A stretch of DNA of 64,000 nucleotides from Candidatus Latescibacterota bacterium (GCA_965217865.1 CBDCJO010000002.1:1600001-1664000), one strand, 5' to 3'. Counted from the stretch's first letter, positions 1 to 9,268 are shown. The notes: generated by a model from the sequence alone, not told the origin. Numbers and translations: made by a program.

Positions 1-97
1 CCCCGGTCATTTTGTCAATCAGATAGTCGTCCACGAACAGCTCGAGGCGGGAGCCGATGGAGAGTGGTTTGTCCTTTTCGGTTTTTCGAGAGTCCAT
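1..97 (-). CDS. 5' end of a hypothetical protein (runs off the window start)
   Basis: ATG at 97-95 with AAGGAG RBS at 105-110; translates MDSRKTEKDKPLSIGSRLELFVDDYLIDKMTG... Confidence 0.6.
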   Translation of the reverse strand, partial: MDSRKTEKDKPLSIGSRLELFVDDYLIDKMTG

Positions 98-214
98 TAC
101 TGTTCTCCTTCAAGACTTGAGACTTGAGACGTGAAGGGGACGATGACATTCATTTTCTATATATTAAGAATCTCGCCATTTTCCTTCATTAAAACAATTA
201 GATCATTTTCGAAC

Positions 215-270
215 CTCCCCTCTCCCGGCACCCGGGAGAGGGGTGCCGCGCTTGCGAGGCGGGGTGAGGG
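215..270. repeat. REP-like palindromic intergenic element
   Basis: CCCCTCTCCCGG-CACC-CGGGAGAGGGG hairpin followed by GGGGTGAGGG. Confidence 0.5.
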
Positions 271-339
271 ATCATTTCGTGATTCGTCGTTCGTGATTCG
301 AGCATGCTCGTTATCTCTTATCTTTTTCGGTATTCTAGT

Positions 340-2173
340 CCTAAAATAAGCGAATAGGCTTGTTGAGCGGTGTGTTATACAAGATTTCGGAGCATTTCAG
401 ACTTGTGACTTGGTGGAGATGATGTCTGGGCTGTTTTTGTGATTGTTTCGGCATGCGATTGTCTAATTAACTGAGTTTGCGGACGTGTTTTAGCCGGGGT
501 GGACGGACTTGTCCCTGTGATGTTACGACGACAGGTGCTGACATGGCAGTCAGGCCGGTTTGAGCCATCTGATTCTGTTCCAGGCCGGGAAGAAGTCAGT
601 CATCCACCGGTTGTAGCCCAAGACACGATAGATGATCTGTCTTCCCCGGGTCACGATCTGGCAAGGGATCCAGATCAGATTCTGGAGGAAGGCGCGAAAC
701 TTCATTCTCAGAAGTTGATCGCGACGCTCACGCTTTCGGATCATCAACGCGAACCAGGCTTTGAGGTTCCACGCCAGGGCGGTCATGACCATGTAAGCCC
801 AGTTGCTCATCAGGTTGTCGACGGGCATCCGCATGGCGTTGACCCCGTTCTTGAGTTGTTCAATCACGTTTTCCTGATCGCACCGTCCATTGGCCAGCCT
901 CACGATTTCCGCGGCCGTAAGATCTTTTCGGGTGGTAATGTAGAAGAAATAGCGCTTGTCATCGAACAGGGCGTTTTCGCCGCGTTCGACGCTCAGGTTT
1001 TTTTCGAGGATCACGAGTCGACAGGTCTTCTTGCATCGAGCAGGACGATACGAAACCCCGGCAACACGTTCACTGGCAAGTCGGATGTTTTTGAAGCCGC
1101 GCTCCCGGATGATCCGGGCTTTCACGTTCTCGCGTTTCTGTCTCTGGGAGGTCTTGACCTGGTATTTGGGTTGTCGTTCAAAGGGCTCCCAATCGCTCTG
1201 TGACAGGGATTTGGCGATCTTGACCAATCCCCGGTAAGCATCCATGCCGAAGACGAAGTCGACCTTTTCCGACCAACGATCGAAGTGCCGGGTGAGTGAG
1301 AAGCCGGTGTCTCCGCGCAGGCAGATGCGTTTGGCGAAAGGGGCGACCAGCGCGATGGCGCGATCGATCCACTTTACGGCACCGTCGTGGCTGGGCACAT
1401 GGCCGGGTCGATTCACAAGAAACAACACCTCCCTGGTGTTCGCCAGAGAGACCACGAGAGGATGGTATCCCCAGATACCGTTGTATGACAGGGCCATGCC
1501 CTGCTTGCGTTCTCCGAGGGTGGTGGCCAGGGTGCCGTCGATGTCGATGAGGGCTTCTTTGAGTTCGCCCCTGGCGCGCTTTTTCCAGATCCGGGTGCGC
1601 ACCCGGTTGATGCAATCCATCAACGTCTCGATATCCGATGGCCGGAAACGACGTGTAAAGTCGCCTGCTGTGGCCGGATCCGGGAGACGCTGAGCGCCCA
1701 AAGCGTTCAGGAACGTGGCATCCTGCCGGCGCAGCTCAATGTCTTCAAGGCGTTGACCACCAACCAGCGCATTGTAGGCGATGTTCAGAACGTGGTCTGA
1801 TTCGTGACAGGGCAAATGCACTTTCAAAAGATGAAGATGACGGTCAATCTCTTTCACCAGCCCAACCCTGCGGACCATGTGGTGAAACGCGCCGATCCCC
1901 CCACACGTGATCGCCTCGGCCTTCCCACTCATCTCGTAGTGGATGTTTCCCCCAGACATCATAGGCTTGACCTGACTGCACCACTGCTTCCGACGCAAAC
2001 GACGGACAATTCGTGCTTCCCTGTTCCGAAGAATCTTCCTATATTCTCTCATCTGAAATGCCCCTTTTTGATGGCCTCTTTTTGTCTTTCACACTACAAC
2101 TATAGGCCTGAAAACTGGGGCATTTTCAACTTTTTTCTACTAAAACCAAGAAAAATTCACGCTTGTATAGGGC
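340..2173 (-). mobile_element. IS1380-family insertion sequence (ends approximate)
   Basis: Contains the 500-aa transposase; imperfect terminal IRs CCTAAAATAAGCG (340) vs CCCTATACAAGCG (minus strand, about 2172). Confidence 0.75.
550..2052 (-). CDS. IS1380-family DDE transposase
   Basis: Motifs IDIDGT, GYHPL, LRGDTGF and RCDQENVIEQLKNG. Confidence 0.9.
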   Translation of the reverse strand: MREYRKILRNREARIVRRLRRKQWCSQVKPMMSGGNIHYEMSGKAEAITCGGIGAFHHMVRRVGLVKEIDRHLHLLKVHLPCHESDHVLNIAYNALVGGQRLEDIELRRQDATFLNALGAQRLPDPATAGDFTRRFRPSDIETLMDCINRVRTRIWKKRARGELKEALIDIDGTLATTLGERKQGMALSYNGIWGYHPLVVSLANTREVLFLVNRPGHVPSHDGAVKWIDRAIALVAPFAKRICLRGDTGFSLTRHFDRWSEKVDFVFGMDAYRGLVKIAKSLSQSDWEPFERQPKYQVKTSQRQKRENVKARIIRERGFKNIRLASERVAGVSYRPARCKKTCRLVILEKNLSVERGENALFDDKRYFFYITTRKDLTAAEIVRLANGRCDQENVIEQLKNGVNAMRMPVDNLMSNWAYMVMTALAWNLKAWFALMIRKRERRDQLLRMKFRAFLQNLIWIPCQIVTRGRQIIYRVLGYNRWMTDFFPAWNRIRWLKPA

Positions 2174-3286
2174 CCAGTGTCGTGTCCCGCCAATAAGTTC
2201 AAATAGTCGCTTAATCTTTTCGAGGATGGATTCTGCGGTGGCAGTCCACACAAAGGGTTTTGAATTTGAGTTGTAGTGATCGGCGAATTTCTTGATGTTA
2301 TTGACCAGATCTTTCACGCTACGAAAGGAACCCCGGCGGATTGCCTTTTGTGTAATGATGTTGAACCAGATCTCGACTTGGTTTAGCCAGGACGCGTAAG
2401 TGGGTGTATAGTGGACCTGATATCTTGGCCGGGCTGCAAGCCATTGTTTGGTTTTAGGGTGCTTGTGCGTGCCATAGTTGTCCAAGACCAGGTGAATATC
2501 GAGATCCTCCGGGACGTTTGCCTCGATGTGCTTTAGGAATTGAAGGAATTCCTGATGACGGTGTCTCGGTTTACATTGTGTTAACACTTTTCCCGAGGCG
2601 ATCTCTAGAGCAGCAAACAGCGTCGTTGTCCCGTGTCTGATGTAGTTGTGAGTTACGCCTTCGACGTAACCCAAACCCAGTGGCAGAATCGGTTGCGTTC
2701 GATCTAATGCTTGGACCTGGCTTTTCTCGTCCACACAGAGCACCATAGCATTGTCTGGCGGGTTGAGGTAGAGCCCGACAACGTCCCTGACCTTCTCTAC
2801 AAAGAAGGGATCGTTTGAGAGTCTGAAGTGTTTCTGTCGATGAGGTTGAAGTCCGAAGGCTTTCCAGACTCGCTGAACGGTGGACTTGGAGAGCCCAGTC
2901 TCAGCTCCGATGGACCGACAGGTCCAGTGAGTTGCATGCCTTGGCTTTGTCTTCAAGGTTTTGCCAATGAGCCTGGCAATCTTCTGGTCGGAGATTGAAC
3001 GTGGACCTCCAGGACGCATCTCGTCGTAAAGCCCCATCAGCCCTTGAGCACAATAACGATTACGCCATTTCCCAATCGTGGCATAGGACAGTCCCAGCTT
3101 CTGGCCTATCTGTAGATTCGTGAGTCCGATATCACTCATCAGTATGATCTTCGCACGGCGCACCAAAGAATGCGGTAAGATCCGCGAACCAGATATCGCC
3201 TTCAATTCACTTCGGACTTCATCACTAAGGTTCAATGGCTGCAATGGACGTCCCATTTTCATCGGTTCCTCCTTGGATAAGGGCAT
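2126..3286 (-). CDS. IS630 transposase, read-through extended by 16 aa
   Basis: HTH plus DDE motifs (CVDEK, VLDNYGTHK, SWLNQVEIWF); identical to 53475-54587 up to GGTRH. Confidence 0.92.
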   Translation of the reverse strand: MPLSKEEPMKMGRPLQPLNLSDEVRSELKAISGSRILPHSLVRRAKIILMSDIGLTNLQIGQKLGLSYATIGKWRNRYCAQGLMGLYDEMRPGGPRSISDQKIARLIGKTLKTKPRHATHWTCRSIGAETGLSKSTVQRVWKAFGLQPHRQKHFRLSNDPFFVEKVRDVVGLYLNPPDNAMVLCVDEKSQVQALDRTQPILPLGLGYVEGVTHNYIRHGTTTLFAALEIASGKVLTQCKPRHRHQEFLQFLKHIEANVPEDLDIHLVLDNYGTHKHPKTKQWLAARPRYQVHYTPTYASWLNQVEIWFNIITQKAIRRGSFRSVKDLVNNIKKFADHYNSNSKPFVWTATAESILEKIKRLFELIGGTRHWALYKREFFLVLVEKS

Positions 3287-3340
3287 AAGGAACCATAAGA
3301 CGAATCCATTACTTTGTCAAGTTATTCCTGGGTTATAACA
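2178..3340 (-). mobile_element. IS630-family IS, copy 1 (1163 bp)
   Basis: Ends TGTCGTGTCC.../...GGTTATAACA; flanked by CCAG (2174-2177) and CTAG (3341-3344); inverted copy of 53421-54583. Confidence 0.92.
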
Positions 3341-3936
3341 CTAGAGGAGAACGTCTATTCTGTGGAAATGTACTTCCAGAAGGTATGCAAAAGAATCAAA
3401 AGTTTCCTGAACCAATAATAACGCCGACTACTAAGGATGAAGTACATGATGAAAAAATAAGTGCAGAAGAAATCATGGAACAAGGATTAATGACTCAGGA
3501 ACAATGGGAATATGTCGCAGATAAAACGAGACAAATATTCCAAAGAGGACAGGAGATTGCCGCAAGAAACGGCTTAATATTGGTCGACACTAAATATGAG
3601 TTTGGCTATGATGAAGAAGGTAACATCTTTCTAATTGACGAAATACACACACCTGACTCGTCCAGGTTCTGGTTGAAAGAGAGTTATGTACAAAGGTTCA
3701 GTGAGGGGAAAGAACCAGAAAATATTGACAAAGAATTCTTAAGATTGTGGTTTAAGGAAAATAGCGATCCATATAACGATGATGTACTTCCTGATGCGCC
3801 CGAAGAACTTGTTGTAGAATTGTCAAAGCGATATATCCAGTTGTTTGAGATGATAACCGGTCAAGAGTTTAAGGCAGAGCCGGGAGATGTAAAGCAAAGA
3901 ATAGAACATAATCTTAAAGAAAAAGGATATATGTAA
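3341..3936 (+). pseudogene. purC: C-terminal half of SAICAR synthetase, split by IS630 and inversion
   Basis: (A)RGERLFCGNVLPEGMQKNQKFPEPIITPTTK...LVDTKYEFG...LIDEIHTPDSSRFW...DKEFLRLW; joins the 54957-54584 half in frame. Confidence 0.9.
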
Positions 3937-3950
3937 GTGAAGATCGGGAA

Positions 3951-4058
3951 ATGAAATTTAAAGGCTCAATTAACATTGACAAGTCGCGCGATAAAGTTGC
4001 TGAATTTGCAGAGAATAATAGACTTAAATATCAAGTGGCGAATGAGCGAATGGTCTAA
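3951..4058 (+). pseudogene. 35-aa remnant ORF (SRPBCC-like N-terminus) ending in the attC
   Basis: MKFKGSINIDKSRDKVAEF...; its TAA lies in GTCTAAC. Confidence 0.35.
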
Positions 4059-4177
4059 CACACGCTGCACCCGACCTGGCTATCGGCGCTTTTTTCGACC
4101 GCTCTGAGCCTGAGAAAGTGATGATCGGCGACGGTCACACGCCAGACCCGCCAGGCGGGTGAGCTTCGTCGTTAGTA
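4053..4177 (+). other. Canonical integron attC site
   Basis: GTCTAAC-ACACG-CTGCACCCG ... CGGGTGAG-CTTCGTC-GTTAGTA; L''/L' pair with one extrahelical G; internal CTGGC/GCCAG stem. Confidence 0.8.
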
Positions 4178-4227
4178 TGAATGTTGAGCAATGTATATAA
4201 CCTGAAGTAGCGATAAAATTCCACGTC

Positions 4228-4795
4228 GCCTAACACATATTAAAGGCCCCTGGGTTGCCCGCATCTCTTGCGGATAGGCCATCGGGAACAGGTTGCAGCG
4301 CATCAGCTCTGCCAGCATTCTGGAATCGAGACGGTCGTTCTTCTTTTTGCCCCCGTGGATCGCCTTCATATACAGGGCGTGTCCCAGGTAGAATGGAATT
4401 CCGGCCTTGTGACATCCGTCAGCCAGCCAGTACCAGTTGAAGGTTGACTCCACCCCGACGGCGATGCTACCGAGGTGAGCTTCCAGCACCTGCAGTAAGA
4501 GTTTGAAGTCGTTTTTCAGATTGCGCTGGAACACAATCTCCCCCATCTTACTCATTACACAAACATACATGGTTCTGGCGTGGAGATCGATGCCACAGAA
4601 ATAGTCGGAGTCGATCTTCGCGTATCGCATAAGGCCCTCCTGTGGTGGAAAGGTTATTGAGATATCCGGACCTCAAATAATAACTTTTCCTGACAACGAG
4701 GGCCTTTAGATTAATATCACATGGGTCACGGCTTCGGGCCATACGGCCCTTCGCCCAACTCACTTCGTGAGTTCGTGACCCATCAAACGTTACAC
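4228..4795 (+). other. Cassette recombination site interrupted by an IS110 remnant
   Basis: GCCTAAC (4228-4234), then IS, then ATGGGTCACG...CGTGACCCAT-CAAAC-GTTACAC (4789-4795). Confidence 0.7.
4237..4717 (-). mobile_element. Internally deleted IS110/IS1111-type element
   Basis: N-terminal DEDD domain only (CGIDLH, GVESTFNWYW, KNDRLDS; ATG at 4630); subterminal IR TAAAGGCCC 4241-4249 / GGGCCTTTA 4700-4708; ATAT at both junctions. Confidence 0.75.
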
Positions 4796-4859
4796 GCAGT
4801 GTCGCTTCTCGGTGATGAGTACAGCGTAGGAAGAGAACGATCAGCCTACAGGGAGGATT

Positions 4860-5228
4860 TTGCCAGTGGCTCGGCGTGATTGGTACTGCGAAGATGTTCT
4901 TTCTAGTAAGCTCGATGTGGAGCGCGTGTACGAGGATGATCTGGTCCTGGCATTCCATCATCCAAGACCCTTGGCCCAAGTCCACGTGGTTGTGGTGCCG
5001 AAGGCTCACGTAGCGGGAGTGATGGACGAGGCCGCCTTGGATGGGGACCTTCTCTCGTCGATGATGCTGGCAATTCAGAGGACTGCAACTTCCCTTGGCC
5101 TTCTGGATGGCATGGGTTTCTACGTAAGGGCCAACGCAGCGGCTCCCGGTGTAACTCCCCACATGCATTGGCATGTTATAGGTCCCGGGGCTGGTGCCGA
5201 TTGGCCAGATTCTGGATCGCGCGCCTGA
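4860..5228 (+). CDS. HIT-family nucleotide hydrolase (gene cassette)
   Basis: HMHWH histidine triad, HVVVVPKAH; GGAGG RBS. Confidence 0.85.
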   Translation: MPVARRDWYCEDVLSSKLDVERVYEDDLVLAFHHPRPLAQVHVVVVPKAHVAGVMDEAALDGDLLSSMMLAIQRTATSLGLLDGMGFYVRANAAAPGVTPHMHWHVIGPGAGADWPDSGSRA

Positions 5229-5293
5229 GACAAGAAAGAATAGAGGGCTTTGGCAAGGCTGCCTTCCTCAAGGACAACAAGAAGCAACACAGC

Positions 5294-5413
5294 GTGTAAC
5301 ACGACCGTGCGCGGCTCGGTGCATCCGTACCTTCGCCCAACTGCCTCCCTCCTTCGCTGCTACTCAGCTCCGGAGGACAGGCCGGCAGGTTCGTGTGTGC
5401 CGGGACGTTAGGC
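5294..5413 (+). other. Cassette recombination site (attC-like) of the HIT cassette
   Basis: GTGTAAC...GTTAGGC; cassette ends are a 19/21 inverted match (4789-4809 vs 5280-5300). Confidence 0.75.
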
Positions 5414-5435
5414 GTCATTATCGAACAGGAATAAC

Positions 5436-6020
5436 GTGTATACTCAGGCTGCAAGAAATAGACTCCGACTACCTAAACCCTTGATTGATATATCACCCCA
5501 AAAGCTGGCGAAGGCGACTGAAGTGAACTGTGAACAATTCGCCATTCATACAGCTCGATCTGTAGGTGGGCAAGTTCACAAAGAATCTGATGCTACATGG
5601 GTACTATCGACACAACCAGGAGGGGCCAATCAGATTGTGTCGCCTCGATTCAAAGGTGGGACCACCAAACTGCGCCTCGATGAAATACTCACATGCTATG
5701 CTGAGGCGGAACAGTTCCTCTCATTGAACGGCGAACCTTTGGGCGCAGCTACGCTATGTATTGGTGGAGGTGTAGCAGGTTTGTATGACGTGGGAGTGGT
5801 GAAGAAGGCGCGACGACAAGGTATTGGAACTGCCGTGACAGGTGGCGCGTGTTTATTCGCCCATCAATTGGGATACCGCGTGGCGACATTATTTGCTTCG
5901 GGTCAAGGGAAGTATTTGTATCCTCATCTTGGCTTTGAGTTTATAGGCACATTCAGCCACTGGTCATATTCGAAGACACAACAACGAAAGCACAAAAGCC
6001 GTAGTGATAACGACGCCTAA
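5436..6020 (+). CDS. GNAT acetyltransferase (gene cassette, possibly internally deleted)
   Basis: VGVVKKARRQGIGT acetyl-CoA motif, LYPHLGF; stop codon lies in GCCTAAC. Confidence 0.75.
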   Translation: MYTQAARNRLRLPKPLIDISPQKLAKATEVNCEQFAIHTARSVGGQVHKESDATWVLSTQPGGANQIVSPRFKGGTTKLRLDEILTCYAEAEQFLSLNGEPLGAATLCIGGGVAGLYDVGVVKKARRQGIGTAVTGGACLFAHQLGYRVATLFASGQGKYLYPHLGFEFIGTFSHWSYSKTQQRKHKSRSDNDA

Positions 6021-6097
6021 CAACCAATTCCCACTGCGCGCCATTCGGCGCTTGGCCTTCGGACCAGCCCTTCGGGCTGTCGGGTGAACCGTTAGCT
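6015..6097 (+). other. Cassette recombination site (attC-like), last visible in the array
   Basis: GCCTAAC...GTTAGCT; cassette ends are a 15/16 inverted match (5407-5422 vs 6006-6021). Confidence 0.7.
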
Positions 6098-6177
6098 ACA
6101 ATTGCGACCCTCCCATCCCAAAAGACAGGCGGCCCCTTTCTGGAGCCGCAGAATAACCGAACCAACTTGTTGAACAG

Positions 6178-6350
6178 TCAGGCCACTGGTACAAGATCTT
6201 TGCTTGTTCTTCCCCCTTGCGCTTGAAGAACCGCTATGATCTTGTCATATGCCTTTTGCTCGTTCGACGTTTCGTGCGGATTTACGGTATACGGTCCACT
6301 ACTCCCCTTCTCCAATGCCCGGTCCAGCGACGTTTTGCCTTCGTTATTGT
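6178..6350 (-). pseudogene. C-terminal remnant of an ankyrin-like protein truncated by IS3
   Basis: NNEGKTSLDRA...IIAVLQAQGG resembles a final ankyrin repeat; abuts the IS end. Confidence 0.4.
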
Positions 6351-6399
6351 ATCTATTCTGAGATAACAAGAGAAAAGTAGATAAAGGTCCAAGCAAGAT

Positions 6400-7431
6400 T
6401 CAGGCAGCCTTGTGGATGGTCTGGGATGTTCTTTGCCGATTGATTTCTATGCGGCGCTGCCGAGCCTCCTCCTTTCGACCTTGTCGGTGGTGAAGAATCT
6501 TTTGATGCTGGCCTTTATGCCTCTGAAGAGGCGTGACATACTGTATTGCCCCGTGATAGCGTTCGGCGTTGTAGCTGTGAATGAAGGAATCAATCAGGCC
6601 TTCCAGTTGATGGAATGTGAAGATGTCCTGGAAGCGCAGCCAGTCGTATTTGAATGTCCGGAAAAAGGCTTCGATCCAGGCGTTGTCCGTGGGTGTTTGA
6701 TATCGGGCAAACAGCTGCGAGATGCCCAGGTCCTTGAAGAATTGGGCCATCGATTTGGCCTTCATCTGAGATCCGTGATCTGAGAGGGCTGTCAAGCTTA
6801 TGGGCCCAGTGTCCAGGTCCAGCAGTCCTTCGTTGGCAAGGGCTTGATCCCAGGCCTGTTTGACCTGCTCCACGGTCGCGTTGAAGGAGAGCTTCCATCC
6901 TACGATCTTCCTGGAATACACGTCGAGAATGGCGGTAAAATACAGGAACAAACCGAAAAATGGGATGTAGGTCAGGTCCCAGCTCCAGACCTGATTAGGA
7001 CCTTCAGGTTTGACCTGGGGCTTGCTCTGCTTGACCGGCGTCCTCACCTGTTTCCTGCGTGCCAGACGTTCTTTCCTGGCCTGTCGGTAGAAGCTGGAGG
7101 CCGAGGCCTGCACTACCCCCTTCTCTGAGGCTACCACCGCCAGCTGATGGGGAGGCAGATCGGCATAGGTCTCATCCCTTAAGAGGGCCGAGATTTGCTC
7201 TTTCTCCTCCCTCAGCAATCCGTGTGGGGCCTCATCAGGGGCGGGCCCGGGCTTCCCATCCAAAAGCGGGTCCGACACCCCATCCAGCTTCTCTTCTCGA
7301 TCTCGCCGGCTCCAGGCACAATACCGCTGGAGGGGAAGCTGTAGGATCTCGCAAGAACGGGTGAGTTTCACCCCTTTCTCCTTGGCCCGATGGACCATTA
7401 AGAGGATCTCGCGTTTGACCTCAGCTTGCAC
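6400..7431 (-). CDS. IS3-family transposase OrfB (rve integrase core)
   Basis: PNQVWSWDLTY, SDHGSQM, NAWIEAFFRTFKY, YNAERYH. Confidence 0.88.
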   Translation of the reverse strand: MQAEVKREILLMVHRAKEKGVKLTRSCEILQLPLQRYCAWSRRDREEKLDGVSDPLLDGKPGPAPDEAPHGLLREEKEQISALLRDETYADLPPHQLAVVASEKGVVQASASSFYRQARKERLARRKQVRTPVKQSKPQVKPEGPNQVWSWDLTYIPFFGLFLYFTAILDVYSRKIVGWKLSFNATVEQVKQAWDQALANEGLLDLDTGPISLTALSDHGSQMKAKSMAQFFKDLGISQLFARYQTPTDNAWIEAFFRTFKYDWLRFQDIFTFHQLEGLIDSFIHSYNAERYHGAIQYVTPLQRHKGQHQKILHHRQGRKEEARQRRIEINRQRTSQTIHKAA

Positions 7432-7454
7432 CCGGTGGCCCTTGATCGGGCCTG

Positions 7455-7790
7455 TCAGATCCCATTCACACTTTTTTTTAGCAGGGAAAGTTCCACAGAT
7501 TGCTCAATGATCGTTTGCTCCAGGCGTGCCCGCTCTTTGCGCAGCTGCTCCACCTCCTCAGCCGATACCATCGGCTTGCGGCTCCGGCGACCCTTGAACT
7601 CCTTGAGGGCCCCGGACTTGACCGACTCACGAATACGCTTTAGATCCGAGGAATGAATGCCCCATTTCCGCAGCACCTGTGCAATGGGAACATCTCCCCG
7701 GCTGGCTTCAAGGAAAATCTCATACTTCTGTTCCGGGGACAAGCTCCTGCGCTTCTTGACCGGGTCACTGTTTGAGGACAGTTGCTCCAT
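7455..7790 (-). CDS. IS3-family OrfA (HTH plus leucine zipper)
   Basis: LSPEQKYEI...EVEQLRKERARLEQ...LLKKS. Confidence 0.8.
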   Translation of the reverse strand: MEQLSSNSDPVKKRRSLSPEQKYEIFLEASRGDVPIAQVLRKWGIHSSDLKRIRESVKSGALKEFKGRRSRKPMVSAEEVEQLRKERARLEQTIIEQSVELSLLKKSVNGI

Positions 7791-7906
7791 CTTTACTCCT
7801 CCTGTGAGGTCAGGGATATCCCAAAATATGTATCCCTTCTCAACCCTACAGGCAACCAGGATCTTGCTTCGACCTTGCCCCCGTTTTTTCGGGCGATCTC
7901 AGACAA

Positions 7907-8410
7907 AAGATAGATGACCCAGCCAAGACTGTCGAAGTCCTCCTTTATATTACTCAGCATGACTGCAATAATATGTATAACGTGCTAAAGGTTCTTTTCT
8001 ATGCTGATAAGGACCACCTGGAGAAGCACGGCCGCCTCATTTGCGGTGACAGGTACGTTGCAATGAAGCACGGGCCTGTGCCGAGCGGTGCATATAATAT
8101 GGTCAAGTCAGTGCGTGATGATTCGCCATACGAGGCTAACCATAGAATTGCAGAGGTTCTGACTATGAGTGGGTATACCATAACTCCAAGCCGAGAACCA
8201 AATCTAAAGATTCTTTCTCAATCGGAGATTGAATCGCTTGATTTTGCTATCGACGAGTATGGTCATCTTTCTTTCAACAAACTCGAAACTCTCAGTCACC
8301 AGGAGGCCGCTTTTCAGAAGGCAGACGAGAATGATTTTATCTCGATGGAGGACCTGGTAAAAAGCCTTTCTGATGGGGAGCTCCTTTGGGACCACTTGGT
8401 TAACGACTGA
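7907..8410 (+). pseudogene. Panacea-domain (DUF4065/SocA-like) antitoxin, 5' end clipped by IS3
   Basis: KVLFYADKDHL...GDRYVAMKHGPVPS...LSH; frame is open upstream of ATG 7973 back to the IS end (KIDDPAKTVEVLLYIT). Confidence 0.8.
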
Positions 8411-8413
8411 CAC

Positions 8414-8869
8414 ATGTCCAGCGTCGGGGACTCTTTCTCAGAAAAAGAAAGAAGGGATTTCGCCAAAAGGTCCCTTGTCCCAAAGAACATTCTCTACCTC
8501 TCCTGCCCTTTTACAACACCCGCCAAAGAAAAATTCACTATTGTGGCTGCTGCTGGTGAGCGGCCTTTGCTCATTTTAATAAATACGAGAATCAATCAAT
8601 TTATTCAGCGTCGCCCACACCTTCGCAGGTGTCAGGTTAAACTTCTGGCTTAAGATTATAATATCTTTCAGGTTGATTCCTTTGCACATTGTGCAGATAT
8701 AAAAGATGATTTTTCGGAGCAGGAAATCATTGACCAGATTATGGGTGACACATTACGGGTTAGAGGCAAGTTGTTACCCTCTACTGTCCAGCAAATTAGA
8801 GGTGTAATTCAGAACGCCACGACAATCTCCCCAGCTCACCTTAGTAGGATTCTCGAGGCTTTCACGTAG
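8414..8869 (+). pseudogene. Putative PemK/MazF-like toxin partner with a premature in-frame TAA at 8651-8653
   Basis: Frame continues past the TAA as DYNIFQVDSFAHC...LEAFT to TAG 8869; 3 nt downstream of the Panacea gene. Confidence 0.6.
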
Positions 8870-9055
8870 GTTAATAGCACCTAAAGCTAATCCCTCCGCT
8901 TTTCTTTTGCCTCCGTCACCCGCCGATTGACGATATTTGCAGTGGGTTGTCAAGCCTGGTCCATCGGCCTACTAAACCTTCGTTTCTTGGGTTTTAGTAG
9001 GCCGCTTTTTTGTGACCCCGAAAACGAAATATTAGCAATCTGTTAGCAAGGCATA

Positions 9056-9095
9056 AAAACAGGGTTACGGCAACCCCACCGTAACCCTTTGTTTT
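9056..9095 (-). terminator. Hairpin immediately 3' of tRNA-Leu
   Basis: AGGGTTACGG-CAACCCCA-CCGTAACCCT flanked by A/T runs. Confidence 0.6.
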
Positions 9096-9098
9096 ATA

Positions 9099-9186
9099 TG
9101 GTGCCGAAGGGGGGATTCGAACCCCCACGGACGCAAGGTCCACTGCGCCCTGAACGCAGCGTGTATACCAGTTTCACCACTTCGGC
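9099..9186 (-). tRNA. tRNA-Leu(CAG)
   Basis: GCCGAAG...CTTCGGCACCA acceptor stem; CTGCG-TTCAGGG-CGCAG anticodon arm; long variable arm; GGTTCGAATCC T-loop. Confidence 0.95.
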
Positions 9187-9232
9187 AAATCAGGCTTATA
9201 TCTGACCCCCAAGTATGCGGATCGAGGGCGAT

Positions 9233-9261
9233 AATATAGGGTTTTGACAACAGTCCGTCAA
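9233..9261 (-). promoter_or_regulatory. sigma70-type promoter for tRNA-Leu
   Basis: TTGACG-17-TATATT. Confidence 0.6.
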
Positions 9262-9268
9262 GCGAGAG

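Larger units (their letters stand above)
6355..7905 (-). mobile_element. IS3-family IS (orfA/orfB)
   Basis: Imperfect IRs TCTGAGAT...AAGGTCCAAGCAAGAT (6357-6399) and ATCTTGCTTCGACCTT...ATCTCAGACA (7861-7905); A8G slippery run at 7479-7471. Confidence 0.8.
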
